The notes below the pieces were generated by a model. It saw only the letters and a list, made by a program, of their open reading frames with translations, did no database searches and was not told the DNA's origin. From positions 43,586,001-43,650,000 of the forward strand of contig OZ260666.1 in NCBI GenBank assembly GCA_965285935.1: a stretch of DNA of 64,000 nucleotides, read 5' to 3'. Shown one piece after another: positions 13,400-24,700 of the stretch (position 1 is its first letter; each line of letters starts with the position of its first letter). Origin of the DNA: Ophelia neglecta (taxonomy: Eukaryota). The position numbers and the translations under genes were made by a program.

Positions 13400-13860
13400 T
13401 CAAGAAAACTGCCATCTGCTGGGAAGGAAGCAGTCAGATCTGCCTTTCCTTTAGAGTGAATTTTCCACGAACTTATCGGTTGCCACTAACGTAATAGTAG
13501 TTAATGTTGATGAGATCCAATCTCTCCAAATAATTCCACTTCACTTAGTCGTCTGCATCTTCTAAACAGTTCAAATCTCCAAAGACGGCCACCATGGGTG
13601 GTTAATTTGAAACGGGTCTAGTTAAAGTGGATTTTCATTTCGGTTAGACAGATTTGTTCTCTGCCTATAAGCAAAAAATAATACTCCGAGGAGATTGGTA
13701 TTAGGAAGGGAATAATTTTTCATAACCCATGAGACTACATTTTTCATGGCGACCGATTTTAAGCAACAAGGTTTGCTCTTTTGTTATTAAAGGTTATAAT
13801 AATCTTATTAATAAAGTCGATCGGGATCTTAACGAAGTTCTTTTAGCCTAGCTATGCGGC
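13400..13860 (-). mobile_element. Possible LINE AP-endonuclease relic
   Basis: Minus-strand fragments YRQ, VAVFGDLNC and LDLI occur in the order expected for APE motifs YRpP / GDfN / LDL. Confidence 0.3.
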
Positions 13861-14094
13861 GTAATTCCGAGCAATACAATGTCAGTCGGTTAACATCTTT
13901 TTGTCATACTGTATTGACAAGGGAGCCCGAAAATAATGTCAGATTAAATATAATAGCTTGACTCCACCACCGTACATAGTGACGTGATGTCCGCGCTTAA
14001 AGCTTTGATAAATGTTCCATGAGATATAATGGTTTTATCGGAAAAATTAAAGTATTACAGCGGTGAGATTATTCAGGGATTGGCATAATAATAC

Positions 14095-14376
14095 CAGGCC
14101 TACCAAGCCTCCCGCATATGGTGGAAGACTCAGACATTCAACCATTTTTTCTCGGTCTTCTGCCCTTTCTATTGATTTACCCGCTTACACGGTATTACTT
14201 GATAATTTATTTTAAGCATATTTTCGGAAATATCCGCAAATTGCTTCAGATTTCATCTCATGTATTGCAATTATAAAACCGTTGTCACATCCCCGAAAAT
14301 CCCCATTTCAGGACTTTGCTGCTAACGATGATAGCATAATATCCCGCTTCAGAATTCCTCAAGCTTGGCAGCCCTG
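14095..14376. mobile_element. MITE with hAT-like CAGGG/CAGGC termini
   Basis: Left end caggcctaccaagcct versus reverse complement of right end cagggctgccaagctt (13/16 match). Flanks taatac/caatac; no clean 8-bp TSD. Confidence 0.6.
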
Positions 14377-17300
14377 CAATACATCAATATGCTCTTTTAT
14401 CACCTTCCTCTCCCTCTTTTCACTACATACAATTGTTTCTCGGGCGCCTATGCCGTGATCTGATTTAGTCACAATTGATCCCTCGTTTCCTGAACACCCT
14501 AGTACAGCCTTGAATCGTTATTTATTGTTCAATTTAAATGAACGCAACAGAAGGCGCTGTTGAACGTCTCTGTATCAAATACCTATGCTCATAGTGTTGT
14601 CGCATCAAATACTGCTCTCAGCAGGGATGCTAAGGTTTCATTCTTTTACGTGAAAACATTTAGTCTTGAAAATATAGATTTTTCATAAGAGGTTTCTCCA
14701 ATGCCTCTGAGCCGGTATATCAGCTCCTAACTTGCATAAGAAGCCTCAAATCCGGTTAATTTTAACGCAACACCAATTGAGCTTTATTCAAGAAGCACTT
14801 GTCCCTGGAACTTGGCAGAAATATCCCAGCCAGACAATCTTGAAATGTCATGTTGTGGCATAGTGTTGAATCGTGTTGAAATGCAGAAAGTGAAAAACAC
14901 GAGGCAGGCGATGAAAAGAACCATTTTTATTGCCCAAGAATTAGAAAATAAATAGTTATTGTCACAAACATTCTAAACTCTTTGGAATGCTTTCTTTATG
15001 AGATTTTCCTTTTCATCCTACCTCAGTATAGGACAATATTATTGGACTAAATCCCCTGCACTACAGTAAGTATTGTTTGCATACCAATTGACAAGAGATA
15101 ATCACCCTCATAGTTATTGACAGGGAAGTGGGGAGGAAGAAGGTTAAGTATATTCGGAGACTTTTTGCCGAAGGATGTTGCATTGTAGCAAGCGATATTG
15201 GATCTCGCACTGTTCTCAAAATTAATAACCGTTCTTATTGCGCGTAGGAAGAATTTGCCCTCGGACAAAATAAAACACGAGCATCACCGTTGACAATTAA
15301 CTCGCAGGGGGACTGGCAGCGTTTATTTCAATAACATGTCTATCCATTTCCAATATTTGAAAGGAGATATTTCAGGATTGTCCTAATTCTTAAGGGCCGG
15401 AATTTCATCGTAATCAGTTATATGAAATTGGCCTGTGCTTATTACTGATCTATGCCCTATGTCGATAACTGACTCCTTTCATTTTTGGTCTGATTTGCCT
15501 CATGGAGATCTTCTGACTACTTCTCGTTGCAAATGATGTAAATTTTCATTTTTGTTTATAATCAGTTCATTCGGTGGTTTGGAGCTGGGGACTGATGTAT
15601 GGGGAGATGTGGTTACTGGTTTCAGACAGAATTAATGTTTTTTCTAGATTCGTGATTTTGCTTTTTCTGCCGGCTATATGCTCTTTTTTTTACGTACCAA
15701 AACACAAATAGCAGAAAAAAAAGACGCAATGCAATAGCTTATATGTATTTGAAATATCTTGAAGAAACTATAGTTTGAGCCGATGCTATAACGAAAGAGA
15801 AAGTGATGGGTACAGAACATGATTCTAGCAACTAAATATTATTTTGTTTTGTTGTATTGTCTTCCGCCTGTCTAACATTCGCTTATTTTTTGTTATCATT
15901 TGGAATGCATATTCTGTGGTGACACTCATTGATGTTGTACGTTATTCCGACAAAACATCAAATGGGCATATCAGTATACCCAAAACAGCCTATATAGATA
16001 CATTTATTGAGCCTAGAATGTTATGTATCTTGTATGACCCTGTTGTCACCCTCAGTTTGACCTTATTGCCTGGTAGTCTCCCCTCCCCCTCCCCATCCCC
16101 GCCCCCCCTCTGAACGTCAATACCATCCCCTCGACCATCCATTTTTAACGGGGTTTTATTCTATATCGAATTCAAGCAAAATCATCGTTTTCGAGATGGC
16201 CCCGCAGGAATTACACTAAAATAATAGAAGACGGATGATTTATCGCGTTAACGTTATATTCTTGTTATTGCAGCTTTATACAATCTAATAAAAACAAGAA
16301 GAGTTCACTCGCTACAGCTAGCAAACGGTATCGTAGTAAATACCATATATAAACATGAATACCTATTCTTAATTTTGTTTTTCATTATTTCATCCTTAGC
16401 GGAATCACTCTATTAAATCAAACTAATATGGTCACGTTAAAAGCAAAAAATCCATATCTTAGTCGCTTAGTGTAACATAAACACTTACCGACCCAACCTA
16501 CTGGCTAAGCGACTAGATTTCTCATAAAAGATATATAGATGTGTACCTAAATTGGTTTGTGGTAATTACTAGCGGATGTAGAAGTCCTATGGTTTCGATA
16601 GTATTGGTTGTCGTAGACGAGGGGGTTAATGCCGGGTAAATGAGATGTCTTGATGCAAATGCTCAATGAGCAATGATCTGTTCAAAATGGTAACTCTTTC
16701 TGCAATAACAAAGCAAATGGGACTCCCTGATTTTGTGTAAGTGTTGATTGATTGATTGATTTCCTTAATCCCTCCAGCCTGTGGAGTAATAGTACAAAAA
16801 GAACGAAATAAATAATTATGATAACAACATTACATCATTATACAGTAAAGTCTATATATTCCCGTCAGTGAGGAAAATCCTACATACATGTTATATAAAT
16901 AAGTTGATGCTTGGGTCCACAACGGTCTGTTCTGATGAATATGTGTTATGATGGCACTTTAAGCTGGCTGGTAAACAACCTCTTTAGAACAGATCAGCAT
17001 ATTAACTTATTGGCTGGTTGCCATCCTATCATTTCCTAGAGACCATTATAGATAAAGCTGTTTGTTGTGGACACCCTTGTAAGTGTATATGCACTGTATT
17101 TGCTGCTCGGGAACAGCGAAATATGCAACTGGCTGCTCTTGGACCTGCCAGATGGCTTGCAAATAACAACGGATATAAATGTATTTACGAATTTTTTCGT
17201 ATAGAATTAACAAATAATAATAATAATAAAAATCTTACTTTTCTTATATTTTTGGCCATATTTGATATTTTAGTCGTTGGGAACCGCTGATCCTCGGGCT

Positions 17301-18615
17301 GAGCTATGAGTGGCCAATACATCTGCCCCCGAATGCCTTAATTGTGCGAAAACCAACTGGCAAAAACATCGCGTCATCAGCCATGGAGAATTACATTTGA
17401 TTTGAGTAATCAATAGCGCTCCATAAACTTTGATTTTTATTGTCAGTATAGCTCTTTGAGATGCTAGTCGGTTAATCATAGTAAATAAATTAGGCGCCAA
17501 CGGTATATGATTAATCTAATTTGATTTATGAGCTGTGCCCAAATATAACACCCAAACGAACGGTTACGTTAAAGAGGTACAGAGAACATTCAATGGAAAT
17601 AATGCTGGATTGCAGTATACATACATATAATAATATAAATATTTGTTTGTATATTCTGGTGTATAAATAGTCACAAGCTGTAAGCTAGGCCTACGATAAC
17701 AAATAAACTGCAATGTGCAGCTGCAAATTATCTTTCTTATCATAGCTATGCACAGAACTGTACTGCTTCGAGTTGTATCAAACAGGCACATTTAATTTGT
17801 GCAGCTCCTTCTATTGAATCTTACAGATGCACAATGATACTAAGCTTCCTGGTAAGACAGTGTTTCTATTTCTATCGGTCCCGTGCTCTTCGTTATGTAC
17901 GGTCGTTTTAAGTGAATACAAATTGCCTCATTATACTGAATGCTGTCCGTGGATCATTTAACGAGTCCTTTATAAAAAGGTGCATTGGAAGAACGAAACT
18001 ACTTTTTTCAAGGCTGCGGACCCCAATTAAATTTCTTAGTGAGTCCCATTGCGTGTAGAATCCATGTTGATGTGATCTATTATTGAAAACAAATATTTGG
18101 TGCCTTGAAAATAAGATGTAACTGTTACAGGTTTTAAATGAATGTTTTATTTCGGAGCATCAATCTGTTAATCATATTGTATATTCCATATTCAAATGCC
18201 GCTTTAATAACGAGTCTGGGAAATGGCACATTGGAAGAATGTGTGAATGGGCTATTGGTTACACGTGGCGGTGCGGAAGCGGAAGTCTTGGGTATTTCTG
18301 GTGGACTATACAATAAATCGTCAGCAAGGTTATAGCTGAGGATTAATCTAAGGGAAGTGTTAGGGACAGGTGTAATAGCTCTAATGCTCTGTCCAAATTT
18401 CGGGATTTACCTCCACATGGCTCAGCGCCTCCGCTTTTAATCAAAAGCCCAAAAGACATCTGCCTCTTGCAGCAAACGACAGGTCGAAAGAACCCATATC
18501 ACTCTGGGTAGTCGCTTGCACTGGACAAATGCTTAAATCTAATTCAAAGACAGGACCCATAGTCTTGAACAGTATGGCTGTTTCTTTGCAGTTCTATAAA
18601 CGACCGTTTGATGAT

Positions 18616-18772
18616 AAAGGAGAATTAGTTTAGTTTGGTATATAAATAAACTCAGGTCAGACGCTTAGGGATGGATAAAGTTACAAAAACGCCAAAGGGG
18701 AATTAGTTTAATCTGGTATATAAATAAAGTCAAGTCAGACGCTTAGGGATGGGTAAGTTACAAAAAACGCTA
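18616..18772. repeat. Tandem duplication, 78-bp unit x2
   Basis: aaaggrgaattagttta..tggtatataaataaa.tca.gtcagacgcttagggatgg..aagttacaaaaa.cgc occurs at 18616 and 18694. Confidence 0.93.
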
Positions 18773-21413
18773 ATTATAATATTGTAGATGCGTGTGACAC
18801 GTCATTAACCATGTGCGAGTGGTAGACAAACTAATAAAAACACAGACTAACAAGACACTTTACATGTGACATTGCAAACTGCCTGACAAGTACGATGTCT
18901 AACGTGTCATAGTAATTGTGAAGCCGCAAGAGCAACTTCTTTAGAGCTTTTTGTAGCAGCCAGATCATGACGAAAAGGACTTGTCTTTGTGGTGATGCCA
19001 AGTGTCTTCTTTCATCAATTCCTGCGTACCTGCATCTGAGTGCATCTGCAGTAGCTTCGTTTTAAGCCAATTACAATTTGCGGGAGACTACGAGAGTTTT
19101 TGGAAGATCGATGTGAAATCCACTTTAAGAATTCATGTACCATATACGTCATCAGCCCTGGCATTGAACAAAGATATAAGCAAACTCACAGGTTTGCCCT
19201 TGAATTGAAAAATTGTATTTGCAAACACATACTATCTTTAAAACTGATATGAAGAATGAATAATATACCAGATATAAGTGTGTAACTTTACTAAAACATA
19301 ACGAATAAAAAAGAGCAAAGATTGTCTAACATGGCCACAACTATAAGCACGGCAATTGGTTTCAAAAACTTGTTTCCCTAATAAGTGTATCAACACTTTT
19401 ATGATGAAAAAATGTGTCTTAAGTACACACCAAAACCGCTTTCTCCAGAACCGATAAAGTAATAATATTACTAACCTATATTTTACAATATTCGAGACAC
19501 TGGAAATCAGCCAGGTCCCGCCATTCTATCACATCCAATAAATATTGCCCCGTAAATCTTCATAAACACCATCTCATATTATCATATATCATATTATATA
19601 TTGTAGTGTATAGTTGCTATAACCAGGTAACCATTCTAACATTTACATTATATCACGTTAACAAGGGCGTCTAACACCTCAGCATCGCCTTTGTTGACAT
19701 CTTGGCCCAAATAAAAAGATAAAAATAGTATATACTGTAATGCATATCAACTTTGCCAGATACAATTATAGTTCAGTCAGTCAGTCCGTCATAGCAAACG
19801 GGATATGTGGTCGACAGTAGATGACAATTCCACCAATGCGACCTACAACCAGTGTTCATATCTTAAGTAATTAAATTTCGATGCCGGCTAGACTGGCGTC
19901 TTCGATTTGGCGCCAGCTGCCAGTGATGTGAAGTGCCCAGAAAGACCTAGGGACAAATGAGACGGTGCAACGTAACAGAATATTACTTCTCTCCGAAAAC
20001 ATGCGTTGAGTTAAATGATCATTATACTAAATATAAAGGTAACCAGCTAACGCTTAGTTCCTCAACTTTGTTGTTAATCTTTTTATCGACTGATTAGAAG
20101 GGTCTTAGGCCGACAGCTATATAGGAAAACACACAGCCAGTATCAACAACAATAGAATTAATGTATAAATAGATTTCGTGCATATCGGCAATATTAATAT
20201 GATAGAGGTATTCTTTGAAAATTGTCTATTTAGGTCGAGCTTTCCACACAAGACGAATGAATAAGAGTTTGAGAGATGAAATAGGCCTAATAAAATAAAA
20301 TAAGTCGCAGCTCGACCTAAACACTCAGAATTTTTCGACGTAATTCATTCAGTCCGCGAAAACTAATTGCATTATAATCTATTCCTGAAAGCTGACTGTT
20401 AAGGTTTCCTACGGGGAATTTTGTGCGAGCGCAATCAACAGAGATTACCTTCAATCGATACTTCGATTGAAAATCCGGGGAATCGTATGGCGTGTGTGTG
20501 GAAATAAGACAAAAATCGCGTTTGGACGCTTTACAAAACTCTATGGTGAGACTATGCTTCCCAACTTGTTCCGTTTTATCTGTCCATTTTACTTATTGCT
20601 TTATATCCTTGTTACCTAATTGCACCTTGACTTGTGAATTTCACACCTCAAGTGTTGTGCTTGAATAAAACTATTACTAATACATAGGATATTATATGTA
20701 TAAGTTTACATGGATTGTATGTAGACAGAGGAATCATGTTTCCGTGGACGCTAGGAAGTCCTAAAAGCGGACCTTAGTACTGCCGACTAGCCGAGTGCTC
20801 CACCCTCCAAGAGAAAGAATATGAAACCTCTCTGTCAGGAGTTAATAAAGAACGAAATCACAGTAGAATATAATGTAAACATCATTCAGAAGGAAAACTA
20901 TCAGGGAAATATAGCCCTCCTTAATGTATGTGAAGACAGATACATTATATCGACAAAGCTGATACCTCCATAAACCTCAACCTCAACGCCCTCATACAGC
21001 CATTTTTAACCACATAATATAGTTATATACATGATGTTCGCCATCATGATGGTGAAAACCTTATGCGCTTCAGGGAGTACTAGATTAGGCAGCAGGTGTG
21101 TGCCTATTACTGTGTTAATGTTTGGACAGATACACTGGATACTTCCAGTCTGACTCATTAATTCTGCCGTGTCAATTGTTTTCCACTGAAGTCGTATTAG
21201 CCGAACATGCATGGTTTCCGTTTAATATGCATTTAATGTGTTTTTTTACACTCACTTGTATACATGTTATATTAGTAAAGTAGAAAAAACTCCTATCTTT
21301 AACAAGCGCCAAATATAGGCAGTTTATCAAAAAGGCCTTTGACCTTCTCGGCTTACGATAATAATTGACACCAATTTGCTTCATTTGATCTGATATGCAC
21401 CCTCTTTTGGCAG

Positions 21414-21665
21414 ATCGTGTTAATATAAGGAACCGCTTGAGTCGCCGAGCTAGCCGTAAAGCCAAGTTGCGTGCTTCTGCAGCAGGCGCGACGCAAGAGA
21501 CGCCCTCGCCAGATCACGGGACACAAGCTGTAAACAGGAGAATCAGTCATCAACAGCCTCTCGGCAGACGGCCTTCGGATCAACTCCAACATGTCTTCTG
21601 CTAGTACCGACTCGGAGTCTGAGCTTTGTTGACTTGTCTTCCTTTCACGGAGTAGCTGTCCCATC
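21414..21665 (+). other. 5' UTR part of coding exon 1, containing uORF MSSASTDSESELC* (21591-21632)
   Basis: Acceptor at 21411-21413 and a GC-richer, exon-like composition imply at least one further upstream exon. Confidence 0.55.
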
Positions 21666-21783
21666 ATGCACGTGGTCTCAATATCACACGAGATGCCACC
21701 AAGACTACAGATAGGAGTGATGCCAATGATCGGATTACGAACTCTTTGTCTTCTGGCTACGGTTTTCCTATTTGACGTACGAG
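21666..21783 (+). CDS. Coding exon 1: signal peptide (MHVVSISHEMPPRLQIGVMPMIGLRTLCLLATVFLFDVR-G)
   Basis: ATG at 21666 is preceded by an in-frame TGA (21630-21632). Hydrophobic core LCLLATVFLF; donor GAG|gtacgt at 21784. The exon probably begins at acceptor cctcttttggcag|21414. One of the downstream in-frame ATGs could be the true start. Confidence 0.8.
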
Positions 21784-24700
21784 GTACGTATAAAATTGGG
21801 GGAGCTCTTAAATGTTCTTGACAGTCAAATTATAATGTGACTGTAAAATTCACAGAGGACACGCGGAATCGAATGAAATTGCAACCGAGTCATTTATCAG
21901 TTCAGTTTCCTTGCCACTTTTTTTTCATCATATGCGTTGCTCAGTTGTCAGTTGATCAGGATAATGTGTCATTAAAACAGCCAGTTTGGTTCAAAATTAT
22001 ATCGCATAACCTCGAATTGCCAACAAAATGAATGCCCTAGCCCAATGGAACTTATCAATAACCAACCAAGAAAATATTCTTTGAATCCATAAGATTTACA
22101 CCTACAAAGTGATAGCAAAGTTAAACAATATTACTTACATTAATTAATGCTTCATAACACGCGTGATTTTTAACCTGCCATTGACGGCTACATTTGTGGA
22201 TTCTGGTATGAGCTTCTTTGATCACATGAGTAATAGGTGGCTATTAAGTTTTATAATTATATAGGCTAATGTTACATAATATACCATATAGATTAGCCGC
22301 TGTTGGTATTCATTCATCCGTCTCATCAAAAAACACTGCTAAAAGACGGTGTTTGCTACATAACTTCGAGACTAGGGCATATACATGCGCGTGTCAAAAT
22401 AATACTTCCCAAACCGGGACAATTGGATGGACTCGCAGAAAAGAACGCTGCATGTAAAAAAAGTATGCCTTTTATATAGGCGAACATTTTCCCAAATAAT
22501 TAACCAAATGTGCATTTTGATTTTTGTATATTCTCATAACTCTTCAAGAGATTTAATATAACTTAATTTGCTGCAGATATTCGAAGCCAACTGAGCGCTA
22601 TGGAGATAAGTTAAAAAAGCAAAGTATTGCACTATGTTGATTATTTTGCTGGGATAAAAGCCACAAGGTTTACTTTCCTCTTCACGCTTAGCCTTGAAGA
22701 GATTTTATTAGGAGGAAGCTTTTTGTCTTATTAATTAGTTTAAAGAGGGCTAGTAGACTGACATGACTGTATTTCAATTTATAATTAATTCCGCCAAGGT
22801 TAGGGAAGTTGAACACAGACTGAAATAAAATGCTAGGTTTCGTACCAGTAATCCATTTTATATGCATGAAGTTTTACAAATTTTACGAATTTGCTGCGAA
22901 ATGGGAAAAAACACTGTTCAGTGGAATTAGTCATATTGCTAATGCTTAGAGTCTGTTGTATCTGCGAAACAAATGGGTTTGGCGGGTTACCACTCTTTGA
23001 GCCAATGTTAAGCAACAAGGAGCAAAGGCCAGAGGGCTCAAGCCGTATTTGCGTTAGTTCGGATCGATTGTATTGGATTTCTCCCGGATGCCTTTACCTA
23101 TAGCCAGAGCCAGAGAGTTTCTGTAATGGCATAGACCGACTGAGGTGACGAGAGGATATAGACAGGGTATGACCCTACTTGGGCAGGCGGCTCCAGCAGC
23201 CGGCGATCTCATCAACTCTGGACAAATCCAGGGATTGCCCATGAATTTCCCTGGCGCTAATTTCCATACAGAAAGGTCTGCAATGAGAGATGTTAAGATT
23301 TATAATAGGAATCAAATGTTAAGGTGTTCATGCCGCAGCGAGGGAAACTATATAATTTAGCCACAAGGTGTTCATGCCGCAGCGAGGGAAACTATATAAT
23401 TTAGCGTGGCAAGAGATACTAAAGCCATTTTTGCCTGTCCATTTTCAATAAAATGCACGTGATTATTCTGAACACCAACGAATCAGTGTTCCGCCTTTGA
23501 ATGTCCCACGACGGCCTTATGGGAATCGAGTAGTTTTGGGGACTACCACCAATATATGTGGTCTAATCATGTAAGCTTGATGCCAGTGGGAAACACGAAA
23601 CTCCGTCAATTAGTGTACATTATGTTTGACATAGCATCCCTTTATGTCATCATAATAAGCGGCATATTAATCATGTAAATGTTAGCTCGGTTGCTCTGTC
23701 AAGTTAGGCCTTGAGGTTAAAATTAACGTTGCGTGTTTATGTAGTTTTATTGTCACTGACTCGGGGACCCTGTCGACTTATACATGGAGTTTAGTTTTTA
23801 ATCTCTTGCTTCACGCCGCTTCTTCAAACCTTGAACAAACCTGAAAAATATACATGCAAACTCGTCATCAGCTTTATAATCAAAAACACATATTTACATA
23901 ATATTTGTCAAGGTGCGGTATATATAGCGATAATATATTAAGTTCATAGTGAAACAAGTATTTTGAATTTTTTTCTGGTGGATAACTTATAAAGACGTTT
24001 CAATGCAACTGCAAAAATAGACTTACATTCGTCTGGTCTTGGTGAGATTATCTATAAGACATATAAATTAACTTTACCGAAATCAAACTTTTCATTAGTA
24101 CTCGGAGAGCAAATTTCATGTTGACATCATTTTAACGAGTTGATAATTATATATTCTATGTTGATGATATTTAATTTGGATATACTGCTATTATTTCAAT
24201 TCTGAGACGATTTATCTCGACCAATATTTACACAGTTCAAATTTCAATAATAGCCACAATATGCAGTTTTGGTAATTAAGATAATTTGTCTACTCCCAGG
24301 AACATTTGCGTATGAGAACCATCGTTATATGGTGACCTTCCCCTCGTATAACGAGAGTTATACACCCTGGTTGTGTCTGAAGTCGCCCAGAGCCACCGTC
24401 AACGTTAGTCTTGTTGTGATATCAGATAAAATACAAGTCATTCTCAAACGAACGATCCAGAGAGGCAAAACGGAGAACATCAATCTGCCACCCAGCATCA
24501 TATTAAAAGGACCGGGTGTAGAAATTAAAGGTGAGATTCCGTTTATTTCAATAGTACGGTTGTATGGTCTCCCCAAATCGGGTGACTATCATAGTTCAAA
24601 CCTCCGATGAGCACGTGCTTGGTCCAATTTTTTTTTTCACTTAGGGAGTTAAAATTAGGGGCGTTGTGTAAATCGACGGGATTTTTCCTCTGCTCATAAA

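Noticed and set aside
21353-21667. 104-aa minus-strand ORF
   Set aside because: Antisense shadow of the GC-richer exon 1 and 5' UTR; no recognisable motif.
24052-24077. 26-nt GT-AG intron linking a further antisense exon
   Set aside because: Too short to splice, and the upstream frame contains a stop.
24358-24576. 72-aa minus-strand ORF
   Set aside because: Antisense to coding exon 2.
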